The notes under the pieces are model-generated. The model saw nothing but the letters and a program-made list of their open reading frames with translations, was not told the DNA's origin and did not search any database. From Octopus vulgaris (lineage: Eukaryota), in NCBI GenBank assembly GCA_951406725.2, contig OX597823.1, forward strand, positions 30,442,001 to 30,506,000: a stretch of DNA of 64,000 nucleotides. The letters are read 5' to 3'. The position numbers and the translations under genes are program-made. Shown here in pieces: positions 52,123-64,000 of the stretch (positions within the stretch are counted from its first letter, which is position 1; each line of letters opens with the position of its first letter).

Positions 52123-52922
52123 CCTTTCTACTGTCTATAATAATCCTTTCTACAAGGCCTGAAATTTGGAGAGAGGGGACTAGTCGATTACATCGACTCC
52201 AGTACGCAACTGGTACTTAATTTATTGATCTCGAAATGATGAAAGGTAAAGTCAACGTCGGCGGAATTTGAACTAAGAATGAAAAGACAGACGAAATACC
52301 TATTTGTTTACTACCCACAAGGGGCTAAACACAGAGAGGACAAACAAGGACAGACAAACGGATCAAGTCGATTATATCGACCCCAGTGCGTAACTGGTAC
52401 TTATTTAATCGACCCCGAAAGGATGGAAGGCAAAGTCGACCTCGGCTGAATTTGAACTCAGAACGTAAAGACAGACGAAATACCGCAAAGCATTTTGCCC
52501 GGCATGCTAACGATTCATACTTCTTTATTGCCCACAAAAGACTAAACATAGAGGGGACAAAGACAAACAAAGAGATTAAGTCGGTTACATCGACCCCAGT
52601 GCGTAACTAGTACTTAATTTATCGACCCCGAAAGGCAAAGTCAACCTCGGCGGAATTTGAACTCAGAACGTAACGGCAGACGAAATACCTATTTCTTTAT
52701 TACCCACAAGGGGCTAAACATAGAGGAGACAAACATGGACAGACATAGATATTAAGTCGATTATATCGACCCCAGTGCTTAACTGGTACTTAATTTATCG
52801 ACCCCGAAAGGATGAAAGGCAAAGTCGACCTCGGCGGAATTTGAACTCAGAACGTAACGACAGACGAAATACCGCTAAGCATTTCGCCCGGCGCGCTAAC
52901 GTGTCTGCCAGCTCGCCGCCTT
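52123..52922 (-). mobile_element. SINE A tetrameric array within one TSD
   Basis: Three tail-2 units plus a terminal tail-1 unit; junctions near 52293, 52517 and 52682; flanking direct repeat CTTGTGTCTA(C/T)AATAAT at 52106-52122 and 52925-52941. Confidence 0.92.
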
Positions 52923-53256
52923 AGCTTGTGTCTATAATAATGTAATTAGATATAAAAATAAGTATTAATTAGATCAGTTAACAAAGACCTGGTGTCTTGA
53001 GTTAAACATTGTGATTCTGTAAGCTTCCTTAGTTTAAGAAGAATTAGTGTGTGATGAAATAAAAAGGGTTGCAGATAAAGAGAGGACAATAGTTTGTTTA
53101 TTTTATCTACTTTAATCCAGTGATGATGTGAATATCTTGAACTGCAGCCGGAGGTTGTAGATGTGGTGTAATTTTGAGAAAATTTCAGACGTTACGTTTA
53201 GATAATTCACTGATTTATTTTTCGCCGAGTGGATTTTCTCACCATTGTTTTTTTAA

Positions 53257-53480
53257 TTTGTTTCAGTCATGTGACTGCGTACTATGCTGGGGCACCACCT
53301 TAAAGGGTTTTAGTCGATCCTAGGACTTATTTTTTTCAGGCCTAGTACACACTCTATCGGTTTCTTTTGTTGAACCTCTATGTAACAGTGACATAAACAC
53401 ACCAACAGCGATGGTGAGGTACAAACACAGGGACAGGGACACTCACAGATATACATACATACATATATATAAATATACGA
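53257..53480 (-). mobile_element. SINE B 3' half, diverged
   Basis: TTTCAGTCAT.TGACTGCG..ATGCTGGGGCACCACCTT..CTCTATCGGT..AAACACACCAAC. Confidence 0.75.
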
Positions 53481-53517
53481 CGATCACACACTGTTGTAGA
53501 CAGAATTCATCCCACCA

Positions 53518-53550
<33 letters not shown>

Positions 53551-53554
<4 letters not shown>

Positions 53555-53726
53555 ATTCAAAGGACAAGCTTTGTCACAGTTTTTGTCATGCTGAATCTCC
53601 GTGAGAACTACGTGAAGGGCATACGTGTCTGTGGAGTGCTCAGCCTCTTGTACGTTAATTTAACGAGCAAGCCGTTCCGTTGATCGGGTCAACAGGATCC
53701 CTCCTCGTCGTAACTGACGGAGTACC
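53551..53726 (+). mobile_element. 3' module of SINE C/D
   Basis: GCTGAATCTCC..GAGAACTACG..GTCTGTGGAGTGCTCAGCC..GTAACTGACGGAGT. Confidence 0.8.
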
Positions 53727-53740
53727 AGTTCACATACACA

Positions 53741-53786
<46 letters not shown>

Positions 53787-54019
53787 CTCTCTCTCTCTCT
53801 CTATTTGTATATCTCCCTCCCTCTCTCCTTCCCTCTCTCTCTATCTCTCTTTGTACATGCATACATACATAATTTTACTTTGAGAAAAAGGAAATAAAAG
53901 CGTAAATCCATAGATAGATAAATACATACATACATACATACATATATACATTTATACATACATACATACATACATACATACATACATACATACATACATA
54001 CATGCATACATACATACAT

Positions 54020-54051
<32 letters not shown>

Positions 54052-54071
54052 AGGCAGATAGACAGACAGAC

Positions 54072-54137
<66 letters not shown>

Positions 54138-54750
54138 TACGCAATATTGGGTGACACTCATTGTAGGGCCTCCATTCCAGCATACACGGAAAATTTGGCG
54201 AAATTGTAATCTATAATTCCCGTGATTGCAATCTATTTCTCGGTTATTCCCGGTCATGTTATTTAAAAATCTAATTTTGAATTGTATGCCTGCCTCTAAA
54301 TTGCTCGAGTTGAGCAATTGATTCAACAAGCGGTCTTTTAGGCATTTGAAGATTGCTCACAAAGACATTTTCTCAGAAACTAGTTCAGATAGCCTTCATC
54401 GAATTTATGGAATAAACGGCATCGTAATTAATTGCTATTTATAGGTTTTCCATTAATGCAATGATTAAAAGCACTTTTATTACGAATGCTATCACAGATA
54501 ATGGTTTGGTTTTACCAAACTATGGTTCTCGTTTCGTGTAGATGGTTCAACGTTAATATGATTTGATAAAAGAAAAAAAAATGATTAGTGTTATAACTAA
54601 AAGAAAGAGAGACTCTAAAAAAGTCAGTATTTCTTCTGAAGAATATTCTTCTTTGTGTAATCGGAAATATTTTAATGTGAGTGTCCATTCGTCTGGTAAA
54701 TTCACAATATATGCAAGTTTATGGCTACGCGTGCGCGTGTATGTGTATGT

Positions 54751-55096
54751 GTGAAAGCACGTGGTTAAGTGGTTAATGCATCGGACTCACAATCATGACG
54801 TAGTGAGTTCGATTCCCAGACCGGGCTGTGTGTTGAGTTCTTGAGCAATACACTTTATTTCACATTGCTCCAATTCACTCAGCTGTACAAATGAGTTGCG
54901 ACGTCACTGGTGCCCAGTTGTATCGGCCCCTTTGCCTTTCCCTTGGAGAACATCGGTGGCATGGAGAGGTGAGGCTGGTATTGCATGGGTGACTGCTGGT
55001 CTTCCATAAACAACCTTGCCCGGACTTGTGCCTCGAAGGGTAACTTTCTAGGTGCTATCCCATGGTCGTTCATGACCAAAGGGACCCTTTACCCTT
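54751..55096 (+). mobile_element. SINE family E, full length
   Basis: Head with B-box GAGTTCGATTCCC, CORE-like region and E tail. Confidence 0.88.
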
Positions 55097-55119
55097 TATC
55101 TATACATGTACACATGTGC

Positions 55120-55332
55120 ATGTGTGTGTTTCTGTGTTTGTTATCATCACCGTTTGACAACTGATGCTGGTTTGCTTCCCTCCCTATAACTTAGCAGTCT
55201 GGCACAGAAAACTGATAGAATAAGTAAAAGGCTTTAAAAACGTAAATACTAGGATCGTTATTTGTTGGATTAAATCCTTCAAGGCAGTGCCCCAGTATGG
55301 CTGCAGTCCAATGAGTGAAACAAGTAAAATAT
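55120..55332 (+). mobile_element. SINE B 3' half, diverged
   Basis: TTGACAACTGATGCTGG..TAACTTAGC..GATAGAATAAGTA..CCCCAGTATGGCTGCAGTCC. Confidence 0.75.
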
Positions 55333-55863
55333 GAAAAAATAAAGATTGAACTTTTCGAAAAATTACTTTTCATAGTTTAATCTTATTTTCGGGGAAAATA
55401 TGACTGTAATCATAACTGATAAAAAAAATACTTGCCGCTATAACAAGTGCCATAGTTAGGAAAATTAATTTTTTGTGTCGCACACATGTATTTCAATTAG
55501 CTGTTTATGAGGTTGGAATTACAGGGAATTACTTCACAAAAGGAGAGAGTGCTACTTAAGGCGAGAAAAGCACTTCTAAGTTTATTCTTTCTCATCAAAG
55601 AGTAAAAAGAGCATACATCCATAGGCATGTAATTCTTTTATTTCTCATGAAGATTTTAAAGTCTCTGGTACTCGTGGAGATCACTCTTTCTGGACGCTTC
55701 GGCACGATATAACTCGAGATTTTAAATTAGTTTATCTAAATTTACTTAAAAATTAAAAATCATCTTTCTTCTTCTTCTTCTTCTTCTTCTTCTTCTTCTT
55801 CTTCTTCTTCTTCTTCTTCTTCTTCTTCTTCTTCTTCTTCTTCTTCGTCTTCTTCTTCGTCTT

Positions 55864-56142
55864 CTGAAAGAAGCCCGTCGTATATATGTATATATAAATA
55901 TATATGTATGTGTGTGTATATGTTTGTGTGTCTGTGTTTGTCCCCCCCCCCCCAACAACAACATCGCTTGACAACCGATGCTGGTGTGTTTACTTTCCCG
56001 TAACTTAGCGGTTCGGCAAGAGAGACCGATAGAATAAGTACTAGGCTTACAAAGAATAAGTCCTGGGGTCGATTTGCTCGTCTAAAGGCGGTGCTCCAGC
56101 ATGGCCGCAGTCAAATGACTGAAACAAATAAAAAAATAAAGG
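55864..56142 (+). mobile_element. SINE B 3' two-thirds following a (CTT)n tract
   Basis: CTGAAAGAAGCCCGTCG..GACAACCGATGCTGGTGTG..GGCGGTGCTCCAGCATGGCCGCAGTCAAATGACTGAAAC. Confidence 0.9.
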
Positions 56143-56998
56143 AATATCTACTTATTTATTTATTTTATAATTCATTAAAATTTCCTAAAAATGTGTACAT
56201 GATATTTTTTAATGGAGAACATTTTTATATCCGTGATTCTCACTTTCTATTGCCCAAAACTTAAAACTTTTAAATAAAGTTAATAAATACAAAATAAAAT
56301 CGGTTTTTTTTTTGTTTTTTTTTTTTTGCTTTTATGCTCCTAAATTCCTGGGAATTCTAAACAATTGATAACCCCACCAGCTCACAGGCTTTGTACACTC
56401 CCTAAGACTGATTAGTCTACGCTGTTAGCGTTTAACTTGAAAGTTCTGTAACATGGTTTTTGTATAGAGAAGGTTGGTGAAAGTAAATTTGTGTGGAGGG
56501 AGGTATGCAGTTCTTGGAACAGCAGAAGATTTTAAATGAAACATTCAGTACGTGGTTTGAATAAGAGGGAGGGGACGATGTGAAACAGCAGGAATTGTGA
56601 AAGTTGGAGTAAGAAGAAAAAGAAATAGAAAGGGCAAGAAATGACAAAGAGAACGTCTGTGATACGGTGACATTGTACATCAAACTCGGGTGCGTATCGA
56701 AACAATAGTACATTCAGAAAATTTCGCTCTGAGCAACATTTTAAAATAATGAATGTCTTATCGGAAGTCCATTCTCAGCTCGCAGCCATCTTCTGTACGT
56801 TTAATTCTATGATATCCCACCACACAACGTCCTTCACCTGTTTTTTTTTTTCGCGTTACTCTCCTTTCATCACCTCTTTTCTCTCCTCATTTCTCTCCCC
56901 TTCTCTCACTCTCTTTCCCATCTCTCTTTCTCTTCCTATTTGCATACAAATACAGATAGATAGATAGATAGATAGATAGACAGACAGAGAGACAGACA

Positions 56999-57083
<85 letters not shown>

Positions 57084-57137
57084 TAGATAGATAGATAGAA
57101 GACAGGCAGACAGGCAGGCAGAAAGACAGACAGACAA

Positions 57138-57213
<76 letters not shown>

Positions 57214-57801
57214 TGGAGAAATATTTTGAACACTTGAAATTTTTGCATAAACGTGTTCGATTAGTGAAGGTTTCATTTAGAACCCTAAGCTTTTTACAAT
57301 AAATGACTTGGCGAAAATATCCATCGAAGTGGAATAACCGATTGCAGCACTAACGTTTCGACTATTTGGGACATTTCTTTCAATTTTACGTTTATCATCT
57401 TGTTGATGATAACTGAATATAGCATAAAACCGAATGGTAAATCCAAGAAATTATATATATGAACATACATACATACATGCATACATACATACATGCACAC
57501 ATACAAACAGATATGCATACATACATTGCTTCATAATTTTGGCAAAAGTAGCTCGCTAAATGTCAAGGATATGCAATCAATAGTGGAGAGATAGGATACC
57601 TATCTCTCCACCCTGAAGACGGAAGCCGGATCTGCTTATTGTTTACATGCTTCCACTAGTGGTTGCATATCCTTGACTTTCTGCCAACTACATCTGCCAA
57701 AAGTAATAATTCCGAGCACCCAGAAACAGGTACCATAACTTCCCCACCCCATTTGTACTATGTGTAAGTTTGTTCTGTTAATATATAAATATCTATATAC
57801 G

Positions 57802-58544
<743 letters not shown>

Positions 58545-59040
58545 AAATATCCCTACATTTATCCATGAATAATCATCGTCTGAATATTTTCAGTTTTTGT
58601 TTCCTCTCTATTTACTTGTATATTTTATATATATCTAGCGCAAGCGGTTTTATTTGTTTATTTGCATCATTATCTCTATATCTACTCACCTGGATTCCTC
58701 TTATGGTCCTCGGTAAAGATTTTGGAGTTTAAGTTCAAATCATTTCTGCGCTGTTAAGTGTTTTCTGTATTGGACATCTCTGGATCTTATATGTTGACTG
58801 TGTGTGTGTGTTTGTGCATGTATGCATGTATGTATGTATGTATGTATGTATGTATGTATGTATGTATGTATGTATGTATGTATGTATGTATGTATGTATG
58901 CTTATGTATGTAGGTATGTATGCGTATGTATGGACCACCAAGCTCCAGTAACAGCTGTTAGTTCATTTTTATGTATGTATGTATGTATGTATGTATGTAT
59001 GTATGTATGTATGTATGTATGTATGTATGTATGTATGTAT

Positions 59041-59190
59041 ATCTCTCCCTATTTATTTCTGTGTTCCTTTCTGTCGAAGAGCGTAGGCTCGAAATGTAAA
59101 AGACTTTCTCACTTCTCGAGCGTTAAACTAATACATGTTTCATGTTTACACACCCATCTTCGTCTTTTGTTTTGTTTTTAATTCTCACTA
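59041..59190 (+). mobile_element. Short Penelope-like insert in (TATG)n with a hammerhead-like variant
   Basis: 59067-59102: CTTT-CTGTCGA-A-GAGC-GTAG-GCTC-GAAA-TGT-A-AAAG; architecture like the 38125-38340 insert; A6 position is T. Confidence 0.45.
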
Positions 59191-59617
59191 TGTATGTATG
59201 TATGTATGTATGTATGTATGTATGTATGTATCTATGTATGGTGGAAGTCAACTCGTGACTAAAGTAAGGTTACCTCCTAAACTAAGTAAGTACGTACAAA
59301 CGTTCCAAGAGTCCAGAAGGAATGCGAACGTCTATTAATTTTCTGTGAATGAAGTGTCACACTTTAGTAGACCCACTTTTTAGCGCAATCAGCCAAAACC
59401 AGCGTCACAACAGGGGTAACGACGACAAGAAGCAAGCTTCACTTTAGATCATTTATGAGAACTTACCTTCTCCAAAAAGGAAATTCTAACGTGAACTAAG
59501 TGTCTGACACTTAGTTCACTTGTTAGTGTAACATTAGCTGGGAGTAGTAACATTCTGATAGGTGTTACTACTCCGGATCAGAGTAGATCTGGAAACAATA
59601 GGGACTAAGGAGTGGTT

Positions 59618-59674
<57 letters not shown>

Positions 59675-59747
59675 ACTTATAAATAAGGGCAAACGAAAAA
59701 ATTTCTAATGCCAAATATGCCGAAAATTGGACATGTTGTCCATAACC

Positions 59748-59848
<101 letters not shown>

Positions 59849-59854
59849 TGTATG

Positions 59855-59910
<56 letters not shown>

Positions 59911-59934
59911 TATCTATCTATATATGTATATATG

Positions 59935-59993
<59 letters not shown>

Positions 59994-60178
59994 GCATGCA
60001 TATGCCAGTAAGTCAGTTGAAAAAAAAATTCTATTCACTGAGACTATCTTTACAATTTGGAGACAAGAACTCCTTTCCTCGGTGTTCAAAAACTTATAAA
60101 AGCAAGCAAGGGAGACTACACAAAAAGTTTTTGTTATATAAGTTATTCGATAACACCAATACCATTTGTTTGCACGCA

Positions 60179-60396
60179 TAGGGTGTTCAAAAAGTCTCTC
60201 CGCAGCGAATTGATTGTCTAGAAAAGTGCTCACAGGGCATTAAAAAAGAGATAGGTTTTATGTATTGAAAAACGACACTTTCAACACCTCTTATAAATGT
60301 TTTTAAGTCTTGAATATATTCTTTTGTAGTCTTACACCATCTTATAAATATTTATTTTGCAATAAAATACTGCGGAGAGATTTTTTGAACACCCTG
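60179..60396. mobile_element. Tc1/mariner MITE
   Basis: TIRs AGGGTGTTCAAAAAGTCTCTCCGCAG / CTGCGGAGAGATTTTTTGAACACCCT(G)-TA. Confidence 0.85.
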
Positions 60397-60476
60397 TATA
60401 TGCATATTGTATTTGCGTAATCGTCTGAACTTGTGCAGAGGGAAGGGTGTATATGCATCTGTATCTGTGTGTGTAT

Positions 60477-60580
<104 letters not shown>

Positions 60581-60811
60581 TGTATATGTCTGAATTTCTG
60601 TGTGAATGCGCATGTAAGTGTGCTTGACCATCTCTTTTTCTTTCTCACTCTCCATTTTTTCTGTCTCTCTCTTTCTCTCCCACTTTCTCTCTCTTCTTTC
60701 CCTCTCACACGAGAGAGACAGAGAGACAGAGACAGAGACATAGAGAGGCAGAGTCTGTCGACGTTGCTCGTTTATATGAGCCGGTTTGTGTATGTATGTA
60801 TGTAGAATGTA

Positions 60812-60853
<42 letters not shown>

Positions 60854-61004
60854 CGTGTGTGTTTGTTTTTGTATGGGTGGGCATCCGTTTTATCTACGTA
60901 TCCGTGAATGTGTGTCAGCGTGCATATGTGTGTCTGTGTGTCGCATATGCAGGTGTAGTGTATCAGTGCAGCAAACGTGTCAATAGCAACAAAATTGCAG
61001 ATTT

Positions 61005-61098
<94 letters not shown>

Positions 61099-61191
61099 GT
61101 CATTTTTATCTTCCTCGTCTTATCAGCATCATCATCCCTACGTGTGTATGTGGCGGAGCGTGAATGTGTATGCTGTGTGTGCGTACGCATT

Positions 61192-61271
<80 letters not shown>

Positions 61272-61656
61272 AGGCAAACAACTAGTCAAGAAAGTACTAT
61301 GGCATTTAAATTCATTTAATCCAGTTTAAAAATAGTAAAATACAAAACTGATAAAGATAGCAGAAGCCTAAACTCCTCATATCTTGTATACATACATACA
61401 TATACACGCTCACACTCATATGTGTGTGTGTGTATACTTATGTATGCATGTCTGCAAGTGCATATTGCGCAGTCATGCAGATTCGTACATACATGCATGT
61501 ATATATATATATATATATGTTTGTGTGTGTGTGTGTGTGTGTATTATGTTATACAGACGTTATCAGCAACTATTACGCCTACAGTTGTCACACACCTATA
61601 CACACACACACACAGCTATGCATATATGTGTGTGCATGTGTATGGATGTATATGTG

Positions 61657-61768
<112 letters not shown>

Positions 61769-62179
61769 AAATTAGATAGATAGATAGATAGATTTCTATG
61801 TGTGTGAGTGTGTGTGTGCGTGTATGTGCGTGCGTGTATACACACACATACACACACACACAAACACTCATGTAGATATAGTTCTTGATGCACATACACA
61901 CATATATAAAAGTCACCTCATGACAGTACACATTACCTCATTTTGTTACTAATCTAATATTATGGACATCGTCATCATCAACATCATCACATTCAACAGC
62001 AGCAGTATTGTCATCGTCGTCGCCGTCGCCGTCGTCGTCGTCATCGTCATCATCGTCATCATTTTCATCATCATCATCATCATCATTATCATCATCATCA
62101 TCATCATCAACCTCTTGCCTGCACTTTAACACACGGTCACATTACTTCATGCAATCACGTTCATTCTGGATGGCAGACA

Positions 62180-62766
62180 CTAACACACACACACACACAC
62201 CACACACACACAGACACACCACACACACACAGACACACCACACACGCACAGACACACCACACACACAAAGACAAACACACACAAACAGGCACACACGCAA
62301 ACGCGCGCGCACACACACACACGTACACACACGCGCACAGACACACCACACACACAAAGACAAACACACACAAACAGGCACACACGCAAACGCGCGCGCA
62401 CACACACACACACACACGTACACACACGCGCACATACACAACACACACACACCACACACTCACACACACACATACACACACACAAATACACAGACATACA
62501 CATACACACACACGCACACACATATACACACCCATGCACACACATATTCACACACACACAAACACACACACATGTACCCCATACATACATGCGTACATAC
62601 ATACATGCATGCACACATACCTGCATACATATATATATATATATATACACACACACATATGTACATGCTTCCATACACGTACACTTATCTACATTCATTC
62701 TACATTCATACATACAAATATTACATAACCATGGAATCACATAAACTCCAGACACGCATCCATAAA

Positions 62767-62813
<47 letters not shown>

Positions 62814-62830
62814 AAACACACATAAATCCA
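62180..62830. repeat. Long degenerate (CA)n-rich tract with an about 90 bp tandem duplication
   Basis: Unit ..AAAGACAAACACACACAAACAGGCACACACGCAAACGCGCGCGC.. appears twice (about 62246-62430). Confidence 0.9.
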
Positions 62831-63180
62831 CACGTACGCTCTAGCAAATGCGCACACATACGCACAAACACAAATACACTGAGCCACTAGGACAGTGTGT
62901 GGTGTCATTAGTTATTCAGGAGATCATGTTTGAACGGCGCAGAGGAAGAACACGAACACACACACACACATGCTGACGTTACATACAGTCACGAATATAT
63001 AATCATATACGCAAGCAAGCAAACACACAAGCACATACATACACACATGCAATCACACAACCATAGGTATACACACAAACACACACATGACCACAGACAC
63101 ACTTTTGCATAGACAAATACGAACAAACTCTGACACAGCACTGATATATGCATGTATAAGATAGATAGATAGATAGATAA

Positions 63181-63285
<105 letters not shown>

Positions 63286-63293
63286 CAGATAAG

Positions 63294-63402
63294 TTTCTTT
63301 ATTGGCCACACAGGGCTGCACACAGATGGGACAAGTTACAAGGTAGAGCTTTTCTTTTGGGGGATGAAAAAAACCCAAAAAAACAAAGGAAACAAAAAAA
63401 AA
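63294..63402 (-). mobile_element. Third copy of the GATA-associated Tx1-like tail
   Basis: Identical to 26471-26540 over about 65 nt; followed on the minus strand by CTTATCTGTC(TATC)n. Confidence 0.7.
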
Positions 63403-63654
63403 GATGGATACATACATACATACATACATACATACATACATACATACATACATACGTACATATATACATAGATGCACATATGCATACACACACTACCAAC
63501 CACACACTCACACAAACGGACACACACACACGAACACAGATGCCTTACAAACTCAGTATGATGTCGCTCCACAATGTATTGAGTACATACTGTAGGAAAA
63601 CAACCATATTTCTTTCCCCCGACACAGGTGAAGCCAACAGAATTCGTTATTAAT

Positions 63655-63976
63655 CAGATGACGTCATTCATTGATGAAATGACACAATGGCGAAGGGGAG
63701 GAGGAGAAGGAACAGGAGGAGGAGAGAGAGAGACGGAGAGTGATGAAGAAGGCGAAGAAGAAAAAGAAGTGCTGAACACTTCGTTCTGCGCACGCGTGGA
63801 AATACGTAATCCGTTGTGAAAAAAATATCGAATTACGTATTTCACGCATGCGCAAATTGGTTTATATTTTCATTTTATTTATTCCTTTATTTGTCGATGT
63901 GTGTATATATATATATGAGTGTATTTATGACTGTCTGTTGTGTGAATATTTGGTGGCTGTGTCTGACCTTGACCTT
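63655..63976. promoter_or_regulatory. Possible regulatory region (CRE, NRF1-like and nuclear-receptor DR0 motifs)
   Basis: ATGACGTCAT at 63658-63667, CGCATGCGCA at 63845-63854 and TGACCTTGACCT at 63964-63975 in CpG-containing non-repeat sequence; motif evidence only. Confidence 0.25.
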
Positions 63977-64000
63977 TTCCATTCTGCAGTTTAAGATCTG

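Noticed and set aside
57607-57665. CTGAAGA-C-GGAAGC..GCTTCC-ACTAGT hammerhead remnant
   Set aside because: The essential GAA is absent; at best a dead relic, so it was not counted.
62008-62908. 278 aa and 242 aa His/Thr- or Cys/Val-rich ORFs
   Set aside because: Translations of (TCA)n and (CA)n tracts, which lack stops by composition.

Overview
AT-rich, microsatellite-saturated animal genomic DNA. The SINE families resemble those I recall from octopus (coleoid cephalopod), but that is recognition, not a database result. I find no supportable host protein-coding exon; nearly all listed ORFs are translations of simple repeats or SINEs. The window holds five or more modular tRNA-derived SINE families, decayed LINEs (RTE-like, R4/Dong-like with RLE endonuclease, two Tx1/L1-clade 3' ends), a rearranged mariner and several MITE/fold-back elements. 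Two systems stand out. (1) A Tx1-clade LINE and a SINE sub-family share a 3' tail and end at the same position inside that SINE's own tRNA head (8 junctions AAAGAAAT(A/T)GGTATTTC). This yields headless SINE arrays, and sister tails sit in (TTA)n and (TATC)n microsatellites. (2) About a dozen Penelope-type minimal hammerhead ribozyme motifs occur in unrelated repeats. One is a tRNA-headed (Pol III) element built as tRNA-(AAT)n-hammerhead that occurs as a head-to-head palindromic dimer with a fixed centre. Coordinates are hand-read and may be off by a few bases; no alignments or searches were run.
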